A stretch of DNA of 64,000 nt from Bacteroidota bacterium (GTDB taxonomy: Bacteria; Bacteroidota; Bacteroidia; CAILMK01): positions 12,948 to 76,947 of the forward strand of contig JAWXCF010000049.1 of assembly GCA_034440515.1 (NCBI GenBank), read 5' to 3'. Positions 1-8,186 of this stretch are shown here, piece after piece. How positions within the stretch are numbered: position 1 is the first letter of the stretch; each line of letters begins with the position of its first letter. Under the pieces are notes generated by a model. The model was not told where the DNA came from and did not search any database. It saw only the letters and a list, made by a program, of their open reading frames with translations. The position numbers and the translations under genes are program-made.

Positions 1-12
1 GATTCATATTTA

Positions 13-1932
13 ATGTTAAATAGCAAAAATTTAGGTTTATTTATAATTGGTTTATTTATAATTTTCTCAAACTCAGCATACAGTCAGCCAGGTGAGTTTG
101 AGGGCCGACTAAATTATAGATACACTAAGAAAGCTCAACAGCAAAATATGGGTAATAGGAGAAGAAATCCTCCCAAAACCATAATTCTACCTTTTTTTGA
201 TGATTTCTTTGACTTACAAACTAGACCTAATGCCCAATTGTGGCAAAATGATTACACGCTTGTAAATCGCACTAGTCCATTTAACCCACCTAGCGCAGGA
301 GTTGCAACATTTGATGGTCTCAATGAATTTGGAAGGGCCTATGCACCTGGAAGCCAAGGCAGTCGATCTAGTGATACACTTACCAGTCAATTAATTGATA
401 TAACTACACTAAGCGATAAAGATAGCTTGTATATAAGTTTTTTATATCAAGGGCGTGGACTAAATGATGATGACCCAGACCCAAGTGATAGTTTGGTACT
501 TGAGTTTAAGCCAGACTCTGTAAAAGGCTCTGCAAATAGACCTTATGATTCATTCAAATGGATAAAAGTATGGGCAATAGATGGCAGAAACAGTAATAAG
601 CCCTTTAAATTGGCAATGATTCCGATTAAAAATTTACCTGACTCCGCAAATTATTTTCATAAAAAGTTTACATTTAGATTTAGAAATTTAGCCAGCCCTA
701 GTGGACTACTAGACCCCTGGCATATAGACTACGTATATGTAAATAGAGGAAGAAATAAATTTGACACATCATTTAATGATGTAGCTATGTCATATGCCTC
801 TGGATCTATTTTGAATAAATATTATTCTATGCCTTACGAACACGTGTTGTTTGACTCTAGTAAATGGTTGAGTAAAAAGATTAATATTTATGTAAAAAAT
901 AATTTTAGCCAAACCCGTAATGTTAGGTATGGCTACAAAATATTTAACCTAAATAACAATGTGCTGTTAAGTGCAGGCAGCAGCGTGGTCGATGAAAACG
1001 TTCTACCCTACTCTACCAGCAATTTAGCGCTAAATAGAGGTTCATTGCAGTTTAGTATCAGAAACAATTTGGTGCGATGGCGGGTGCAAACTTTCGCCTT
1101 TAATCAAGCCTCAACATTTGTTAGGACCAATGACAGTATTAATCACATACAGACATTTTCAACCTATTATGCCTATGACGATAATTCAGCAGAAGCATCA
1201 TATTATTTGAATGGTGTGTCTAAAATGAGGGCGGCAGTAAAGTTTGAACTAGCTAAACCAGATACGCTATATGGTGTAGGTATTCACTTTACAGAGGAGG
1301 GTGTAGATCAAAGGCAACAAATATTTGACGTAGCCGTATGGAAAAAAATTAATGCTGTTGGTCAAATGGCTTTTGAAGAGCCAGATGCCTCTGTAAATTT
1401 CACCAAGCAAATGTTCGTTGACTCTGCTAATGGCTTTGCGTATTATCCGTTAGAAAAACCGTTGGCTATTACCAATCAAGTGTATATAGGCTGGATTCAG
1501 AATTCTAACTTTAGATTGAATATTGGCTTTGACAAAAACTATTATTTGCTAAATGGTAATCAGGCGAATCCAAATTTATTCTTTTCGGTAGATGGATTTT
1601 GGAGTAAAACTTCGTTAAAGGGTGCACCAATGATTAGAATGTACACAATTACAAAACCTAATTTTACTGGCATAAAATCAAACGACCAAGCAAAAAGGAA
1701 AATTAGCATTTACCCAAATCCTGCTACCCATCACATAACCGTAAATACTCAAGGCTATTTGGCTAAAAGCATTGAAATAAGAAGTTTTACAGGTCAGATA
1801 GTTGCGGCATCCCAAAACAACTATAACCACGCTAGCCAATTTGATGTAAGTGAATTTCCAGCAGGTATTTATTTAGTTACCGTTACTACTTCAGAAGGCA
1901 TAGCAATTAATCAGAAATTCGTAAAGAATTAA
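13..1932 (+). CDS. Secreted T9SS cargo protein: N-terminal signal peptide, ~560-aa uncharacterised passenger region, C-terminal type-A T9SS sorting domain (Por_Secre_tail-like)
   Basis: N-terminus MLNSKNLGLFIIGLFIIFSNSAYSQ is signal-peptide-like. The C-terminal ~80 aa (KISIYPNPATHHITVN...GIYLVTVTTSEGIAINQKFVKN) match the canonical T9SS CTD pattern. Confidence 0.75.
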   Translation: MLNSKNLGLFIIGLFIIFSNSAYSQPGEFEGRLNYRYTKKAQQQNMGNRRRNPPKTIILPFFDDFFDLQTRPNAQLWQNDYTLVNRTSPFNPPSAGVATFDGLNEFGRAYAPGSQGSRSSDTLTSQLIDITTLSDKDSLYISFLYQGRGLNDDDPDPSDSLVLEFKPDSVKGSANRPYDSFKWIKVWAIDGRNSNKPFKLAMIPIKNLPDSANYFHKKFTFRFRNLASPSGLLDPWHIDYVYVNRGRNKFDTSFNDVAMSYASGSILNKYYSMPYEHVLFDSSKWLSKKINIYVKNNFSQTRNVRYGYKIFNLNNNVLLSAGSSVVDENVLPYSTSNLALNRGSLQFSIRNNLVRWRVQTFAFNQASTFVRTNDSINHIQTFSTYYAYDDNSAEASYYLNGVSKMRAAVKFELAKPDTLYGVGIHFTEEGVDQRQQIFDVAVWKKINAVGQMAFEEPDASVNFTKQMFVDSANGFAYYPLEKPLAITNQVYIGWIQNSNFRLNIGFDKNYYLLNGNQANPNLFFSVDGFWSKTSLKGAPMIRMYTITKPNFTGIKSNDQAKRKISIYPNPATHHITVNTQGYLAKSIEIRSFTGQIVAASQNNYNHASQFDVSEFPAGIYLVTVTTSEGIAINQKFVKN

Positions 1933-1989
1933 AGCCTAGGTCATTTTTCTAATGAATAACTTGTATTAAAACAGTTAGGTTTTTAAAAC

Positions 1990-2964
1990 CCAAGTCTAAA
2001 CTCCATACATTTACTTGATAGGAATACAATCCTTCATCGTTTAATCTCGGTGTCCAACTGCGTGTTATGGCATCGCCGTCATACATTATTTCGCCGCACT
2101 AGTTGAAAATTCGCATACTGGCTCGGGTTATAGACCTGCAATATATACTATATGCCCTTTTGGTAACTTTCTCTCTATTTATGCATACAGTATAAGGTAT
2201 ATAAATAGTGGAAGGAATAGATAATTCGCTATTGTAGGAATATGTTGAGTCTTGCAAAGCGTTAACTAACAATAATTTATAGTAAATTTTGCTTATTTTA
2301 ATAGGTGTGCCGTCTAGCCAGGCTTGTCTATCTACACATCGCTCTACCCTAGAATTTACATTGGTACTTGCTATTTCAGTATAGTTTCCAACATATTTAA
2401 ATGACTTAAACCACTATTACTATAACATCAATGATGCTATTTTAGCTTGCCACTGGGTGGGAATTATGGTCTGTAACTCAACTTCGTTATTATTTAGCCA
2501 AGTACTGACCAATTTTAAATTATCACCATAACTGATGTTGGCAGTATCGTTACATTTATTACTTATCAACAATCTATGCTGATGCCTAGATGAAGTGCTA
2601 GGCTGGTCTCATAGGCTATGAATCTGAGGCAAAGCATTTAATGACTGCCAGTAGTTTACATCTGCGTGTAGGTATTGCAATTTAAAAAAAAGGGAACAGC
2701 TTTACTTAGTTTGCTAGCTGAGATTGCAAATTCTTAAGTACCAACTGCACTCACATTTAGTATGGGTTTGTCTAGGTAATTAGCTACATCATTATATACT
2801 TTTACCAGTACAGAATCTGTCACAACACAACCCGAGGCTATGGCTAGAGTAAGCCTAACATAGTAACTGCCAGGTTTAAGAAAACTTTGAGTAACTGTGG
2901 TTTTATTTACATCTACAGTACCAGTGTCAGACCAATGCCAAATTACTTTTACCACATCTTGCAT
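1990..2964 (-). pseudogene. Decayed remnant of a T9SS/gliding-type adhesin gene: intact PKD-like domain fragment (2734-2964) followed by frameshifted type-B C-terminal-domain-like segments
   Basis: The 76-aa ORF reads WHWSDTGTVDVNKTTVTQSFLKPGSYYVRLTLAIASGCVVTDSVLVKVY, which fits the PKD fold pattern. Downstream minus-strand frames give ISYGDNLKLVSTWLNNNEVELQTIIPTQWQAKIA and YDGDAITRSWTPRLNDEGLYSYQVNV, resembling the gliding-motility type-B CTD (PNGDGIND...NRWG...WDG...GVYYY) but interrupted by stops. No ORF of 60 aa or more elsewhere in 1933-3536. Confidence 0.35.
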
Positions 2965-3536
2965 ATTTACAGTTCTAACTGCTACAAAGTCATAAAAATA
3001 ATGAAATGATTCTTTTCATATATACATTCATATTATATATCACTTGTTTTTCTTTCGAACCTAAAGTCTAATCCTGAATATCTAAAATGTGTATTACTAG
3101 GATATAATCGTTTATTAAACCCAATTCCGTTATCTCAAAAATAATAACTGTATCCAGTACTAAACCGACGATATGGATCAATGTAACCAAACAATTTTAA
3201 CTTACTAAACTAAGTAGTATCAGTTAAATAGTAATCAAATGGTACGTATGTATATTTACTATTACTTGAATCTAAAAAACTAGCAAAGTAAAAATTATTC
3301 TTTTCAATTAGAATTTTTTTGTTGATATAGTTAGCATTATACTCCCCTAACAAATGTAGATACCCCCCCCTGTGCCTAATGCACAAGAGGGTATAAAAAT
3401 GAAATTAAGAAAATAAAATTAACAGGAGTCTTCGTAATCTTTTCTGTATGGCTAAACCATTTTTGTCTTTTGCTTCAAGTGTGTAGTTACTTAACGAAAA
3501 ATACTTTTGTTCTGTAGCCTTGGTCAGTTTTCTTTA

Positions 3537-5165
3537 TTATTTTCCTAAAAAAGGATAAATATAATCTTGTGGCATTGCAAATGTTTCCTTAATGGTTCTA
3601 GGCGAAACCCATCGCATTAAGTTGATGCTACTACCTGCTTTATCATTGGTTCCACTGCCTCTGGCACCGCCAAATGGTTGTTGCCCTACTACAGCTCCTG
3701 TTGGCTTATCGTTTATATAGAAGTTACCAGCAGCATTTTTCAATCCTTCTGTCGCTTTTACAATAGCGTATCTGTCAGTTGCTATTATAGACCCTGTTAA
3801 GGCATAAGGACTGGTTCCGTCTATGATGGTCATAACCTTTTCGAAGTCTTTCGGCTCATAGACATATACAGTCAATACTGGACCAAACAATTCGTCGCAC
3901 ATAGTTACATAGTTAGGGTCTGAGACCTCAATTATGGTTGGTGCAATAAAGTATCCGATTGTTTTATCGTAAGTGCCACCAGTTACAATCTTTACAGATG
4001 AATCATTTTTGGCATTATCTATATAACCTGTTATTTTATCAAAGGCTTTCTCATCTATTACAGCATTTATAAAATTGCCAAAATCCTCAACATCGCCCAT
4101 TTTAAAGTCTTCTATCATTGCTACTGCGCGATCTCTCACTTCAGGCCAAATGTTAGAAGGTATGTATGCTCTTGACGCTGCAGAGCATTTTTGTCCTTGA
4201 TATTCAAATGCTCCTCTGGCTATAGCTACAGCAGTACCCTGTACATCAGCAGATTCGTGGGCCAATATAAAGTCTTTACCACCAGTCTCTCCTACTATTC
4301 TAGGGTACGATTTGTACTTGTGTATGTTATTGCCTATTTGCTGCCAGATAGACTGGAATACACTGGTAGAACCTGTAAAGTGAATGCCACCAAAGTCATA
4401 ATGATTAAAGCAAACTTCAGCACAGTCTTGCCCGCTTGGATATATAAGGTTAATGACACCTGCGGGTAAACCAGCAGCTTGAAATATTTCCATAATTACC
4501 TGAGCAGAATAAACTTGCTTATCGCTTGGTTTCCATACAACAGTATTACCCATTAATGCAGCAGATGCAGGAAGATTTCCTGCTATAGAGGTAAAATTAA
4601 ATGGCGTCAATGCGAATACAAAACCCTCCAAGGCTCTGTATTCTAATCTATTCCACATACCAGGTGCTGACTCTGGTTGATTTTTATATATTTCGGTAGC
4701 GTAAAATGCGTTGAAACGTAGAAAATCTATGAATTCACAAGCAGCATCTATCTCCGCCTGAAATACGTTTTTGCTTTGTGCCAACATAGTTGCTGCGTTC
4801 ATTTTCGCTCTATATGGTCCAGCTAATAAATCTGCCGCTTTCAGAAATATGGCGCAACGGTCATACCAAGCTGTATTTTCCCACGCTGTTTTGGCTGACA
4901 TAGCAGCATCAATAGCAGCTAATATTTGAGACTTCTCAGCTTTATGGTATTGACCAAGTTTATGCTTATGGTTATGTGGAGCAAATATGTCTATTACCTT
5001 GCCCTCTCTTACCGCTTGCCCATTTATATAGGCAGGTATATCTAATTGTTGACCCTTAAGGTCTGCAATTGCAGATATTACTTGATGTTTTTCTAGACTA
5101 TCAGGACTGTAAGGTTTAACAGGCTCATTTACAGGAATAGGAACATTAAAAAATGCATTTGCCAT
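3537..5165 (-). CDS. pruA: L-glutamate gamma-semialdehyde (delta-1-pyrroline-5-carboxylate) dehydrogenase, aldehyde dehydrogenase superfamily
   Basis: 542 aa. Contains the ALDH glutamate motif (VGETGGKDF) and catalytic Cys context (GQKCSAASR). Length and N-terminus typical of bacterial P5CDH. Confidence 0.85.
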   Translation of the reverse strand: MANAFFNVPIPVNEPVKPYSPDSLEKHQVISAIADLKGQQLDIPAYINGQAVREGKVIDIFAPHNHKHKLGQYHKAEKSQILAAIDAAMSAKTAWENTAWYDRCAIFLKAADLLAGPYRAKMNAATMLAQSKNVFQAEIDAACEFIDFLRFNAFYATEIYKNQPESAPGMWNRLEYRALEGFVFALTPFNFTSIAGNLPASAALMGNTVVWKPSDKQVYSAQVIMEIFQAAGLPAGVINLIYPSGQDCAEVCFNHYDFGGIHFTGSTSVFQSIWQQIGNNIHKYKSYPRIVGETGGKDFILAHESADVQGTAVAIARGAFEYQGQKCSAASRAYIPSNIWPEVRDRAVAMIEDFKMGDVEDFGNFINAVIDEKAFDKITGYIDNAKNDSSVKIVTGGTYDKTIGYFIAPTIIEVSDPNYVTMCDELFGPVLTVYVYEPKDFEKVMTIIDGTSPYALTGSIIATDRYAIVKATEGLKNAAGNFYINDKPTGAVVGQQPFGGARGSGTNDKAGSSINLMRWVSPRTIKETFAMPQDYIYPFLGK

Positions 5166-5225
5166 ATATTTTCGAATTAATTAAGGCAAAGGTATATGAA
5201 TTGCCTAAGTAAGGAAATATTGCAA

Positions 5226-6116
5226 TCAGATAATAGACTTAAAATCTGTGATTATTTCATCGGGTGACAACCATTTTGCATCAAGTTGATTTCTAAACCA
5301 AGTAAGTTGACGCTTGGCATAATTTCTAGTATGTTGTTTAAACAGAGCAGTTGCAAAATCTAAGTCATAATTATGGTCTATATATCCAAAAAATTCAACA
5401 TAACCGACAGTATTTAATGCTGGTAAATGCCTGAACTGCACCAAATCAACTACTTCTGCTACCAAACCATCGGCTAGCATTTGGTCACAACGTAAATTGA
5501 TATTCTCATACAGTTTATTTCGTTGTATGTCAATAGCATACACAATAATTTCGTGATTGGGGAATCGTGACTGTCTGTTCCCCGTTTTATAAGATGAAAT
5601 TGTTTGCCCAGTAGTCATATAAACTTCTAAAGCACGCATTAGTCTGGCTGGGTTATCCCCATTGTTCGAGGCAATTGTAATATGGTCTATTTTACCTACT
5701 TCAGTAATTAACCAAGGCAATCCTTTTTCAGCAAATTTTTCTGACAACTCTGCCCTCAATTCCTGACTTGCATTGGGTATTTAATATAATTTATATAGTA
5801 TAGATTGTAGGTAAAGGGTTGATCCACCTACCAATACATAGTTTTGGTTTCTACTATTCACTATGCTTTCTACCAATTCAGCAAATAAATTTACATTTAG
5901 CGACTGATGAATACTGTGGGTACCAATTAAATGGTGCTTTATTTGACTTAACTCTATTTCGGTTGGCTTGGCTACGCCAATATTTAGTTCTTCATATACC
6001 TGCCTGCTGTCAAATGATATTATCTCAGTATCATATAATTGTGCCACACTTATGGCTGTCTTTGTTTTGCCACTTGCTGTTGGCCCAGCTATAATTATTA
6101 TCTTACTCTTTGTCAT
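5226..6116 (-). pseudogene. miaA: tRNA dimethylallyltransferase (MiaA) interrupted by an in-frame TAA stop at 5781-5783
   Basis: The N-terminal piece has the P-loop IIIAGPTASGKT and ends ...GGSTLYLQSILYKLY*. Reading continues in the same frame as IPNASQELRAELSEKFAEKG...RALEV...QTISS...RNYAKRQLTWFRN, and aligns collinearly with E. coli MiaA (GLYFKALLEGLSPLP... with a Ser where the stop lies). The likely real start is the ATG at 6114-6116 (MTKSKIIIIAG). Confidence 0.7.
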
Positions 6117-6126
6117 AGGGTTTGCC

Positions 6127-6720
6127 TTACCACATATCGTCCTCATTACCTACCCTATTTTCATCAAACTCATCATCATCATCATCTTCGTTTCCATCTT
6201 CATCATACTCAGATTTCTCTGAACCCTCTGCACCAACTTCATACATAGTACCAGCCAGTAGCATTAGGTCATCTTCGCCTAATGCTATCATACTTCGCTC
6301 TATTCCGTCATCTTCATTTGGTGCTTTACCGTGAATGTCACTCATATAGGGCGTTGCCTCTAGCAAATCGCCTGTATATTCATTCGCAATTAGGTAAAAT
6401 TTCCATTGACTAGCGAAGTCATATTCATACACCACTTGTAGAGGTAAGTTCTGTGTAAATTCACCAAGAGTATGGTCTTTCATCAGTGAAATGCCATCGT
6501 CAATTAATTCCTCATCGCCCATTTTTATCAGGGTTAACTCTATCTCTTTTATCCAACTGTGATCGCAAATGCTAAATGAAGCCAATTGATCAGCTTTAAA
6601 ATTCACAGCATCAAGTATTGCTTCGTGAATTTGCAACATATTGTCCTCATCTATTGCGATTAGGGCAAACTCAAAATCTTCATATCCATCTACTGTAATG
6701 TGTAATTTATACTTTTTCAT
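6127..6720 (-). CDS. Hypothetical highly acidic protein (possible pRiA4b ORF-3-like / DUF family), poly-Asp/Glu C-terminal tail
   Basis: 197 aa. Its start codon abuts the cca stop (TAAATG) and its stop lies 10 nt before the miaA start. C-terminus EDDDDDEFDENRVGNEDDMW. N-terminal YKLHITV...LQIHEAILDAVNF resembles PF07929-type proteins; this is memory-based and low certainty. Confidence 0.55.
   Translation of the reverse strand: MKKYKLHITVDGYEDFEFALIAIDEDNMLQIHEAILDAVNFKADQLASFSICDHSWIKEIELTLIKMGDEELIDDGISLMKDHTLGEFTQNLPLQVVYEYDFASQWKFYLIANEYTGDLLEATPYMSDIHGKAPNEDDGIERSMIALGEDDLMLLAGTMYEVGAEGSEKSEYDEDGNEDDDDDEFDENRVGNEDDMW
6171..6185. repeat. (CAT)5 trinucleotide microsatellite encoding the poly-Asp tract of the acidic ORF
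   Basis: catcatcatcatcat read directly in the sequence. It is embedded in a longer ATC-rich tract. Confidence 0.8.
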
Positions 6721-8145
6721 TTATATATTTTTCGATGGTTTATAGCCTTTAGTTGCTGCAATATCAAACATTTTTTTCAATGCTGGCTCCCTTTCATTGG
6801 GAATATCGCCATTTAATATTGCATTGCTTACTTCTTCTTTAATTAGTCCTACATCTACACCCGGTCTGATGCTCAATAAATTCATTATATCATCTCCAGA
6901 TATTGCTGGTCGCCAATTTCTCATAGCATCACGCTCTTCTACCTCTGCTATTTTATGTGCCAATTGGTCAAATCGCTTTAGGTAGCGTTCCTTTCGCATT
7001 GGGTTTTTACTGGTTACGTCTGCTTTACACAGTTTTAATAAATCGTCTAAATCGTAACCACAATCGACTATTAAACGCCTAATTGCAGAATCTGTTACCT
7101 CGTGCGTCAATGCGATGGGTCTTAAGTGAAGATTTACCAATTTCTGCACATATTTCATTTTCTCATTCATCGGTAATTTCAATGAATTGAAAATATGTGT
7201 TGTCATTTTAGCGCCGACAACCTCGTGCCCGTGAAAAGTCCAACCTATCTCTTTGTCAAATCTTTGCGTCGCAGGCTTACCTATGTCGTGAAGAATAGCA
7301 GCCCAACGCAACCACAAGTTATCCTCATCAAATTGGGTAATGTTGTCAAGGACTTGTAGGGTATGATAAAAATTATCTTTATGTGCCTTATTATCAATTG
7401 TTGTTACGCCCTTCAGCTTTAACAGTTCTGGCAAAATGTAAGGCAACAACCCACATTCATCTAACAATAAAAAAGCGATACTTGGCTTTGTACAGAGTAT
7501 CATTTTATTGAGCTCATCAGTTATTCGCTCTTTACTTAATATTGTTATTCTATCAGCATTTCTGGCAATAGATTGTAGTGTTAGTGGCTCTATATCAAAG
7601 TTTAGTTGGCAGGCAAACCTAATTGCTCGCAACATTCTAAGTGGATCATCACTAAATGTAACATCTGGGTCTAGGGGAGTTTTTATGATTTTATTGTCCA
7701 AATCACTCAAGCCTTTGTATTTATCTACCAGCTCCCCATCATCAATTAGATTATAAGCTAAAGCATTTATGGTAAAATCCCTCCTAGCTAGGTCGTCAGT
7801 TAGAGTACCATCTTCTACTATAGGTTTTCTGCTATCTGCTCTATATGATTCTTTTCTAGCGCCAACTATCTCAATTTCCAAATTGTTTGGAAACTTTAAT
7901 TGTGCTGTACCAAAGTTTTTATAAATAGAAAGATTTACCCTTTTAAATTTCTTTGAGACATTGGTAGCATACTCTATCCCATTACCAACAACTACTAGGT
8001 CAATATCTTTTTTTATAGCTCTATTCAACAATTGGTCACGCACGTAGCCACCCACCACATAAACTTGTACGTTCATTTCTTTGGCAGTGTCAATAAAAGC
8101 CTTGCCTACCATTGTTTTTAGAAACGGCAATTTCATATTGAGCAT
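6721..8145 (-). CDS. cca: CCA-adding tRNA nucleotidyltransferase with C-terminal HD domain
   Basis: Pol-beta-type head (GGYVRDQLL...DIDLVVVG) and an HD motif (HDIGK). 474 aa. Confidence 0.8.
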   Translation of the reverse strand: MLNMKLPFLKTMVGKAFIDTAKEMNVQVYVVGGYVRDQLLNRAIKKDIDLVVVGNGIEYATNVSKKFKRVNLSIYKNFGTAQLKFPNNLEIEIVGARKESYRADSRKPIVEDGTLTDDLARRDFTINALAYNLIDDGELVDKYKGLSDLDNKIIKTPLDPDVTFSDDPLRMLRAIRFACQLNFDIEPLTLQSIARNADRITILSKERITDELNKMILCTKPSIAFLLLDECGLLPYILPELLKLKGVTTIDNKAHKDNFYHTLQVLDNITQFDEDNLWLRWAAILHDIGKPATQRFDKEIGWTFHGHEVVGAKMTTHIFNSLKLPMNEKMKYVQKLVNLHLRPIALTHEVTDSAIRRLIVDCGYDLDDLLKLCKADVTSKNPMRKERYLKRFDQLAHKIAEVEERDAMRNWRPAISGDDIMNLLSIRPGVDVGLIKEEVSNAILNGDIPNEREPALKKMFDIAATKGYKPSKNI

Positions 8146-8186
8146 ATAACTTTGTGAAATATAATTAAACCAAGGTTATGGTTCAA

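Noticed and set aside
3411-3450. Tiny ORF MKLRK* and a pseudo-palindrome around the C8 tract as a possible leader peptide or riboswitch for pruA
   Set aside because: It lies downstream of pruA, not upstream, and the palindrome is imperfect.
4191-4469. Numerous 60-100-aa ORFs on the opposite strand or in alternative frames inside long genes (for example 4191-4469, 5819-6334, 6797-6985, 7508-7756, 8890-9084, 11507-11704, 23050-23319, 28496-28801, 52221-52463, 62468-62854, 63483-63716)
   Set aside because: They overlap high-confidence genes with clear motifs and have low-complexity or compositionally odd translations. They are typical antisense artefacts in an AT-rich genome.
5781-5783. Alternative genetic code (TAA reassigned) as the explanation for the in-frame stop in miaA
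   Set aside because: All other genes terminate normally at TAA/TAG/TGA with sensible lengths. A single internal TAA is better explained by a point mutation or a sequencing error.
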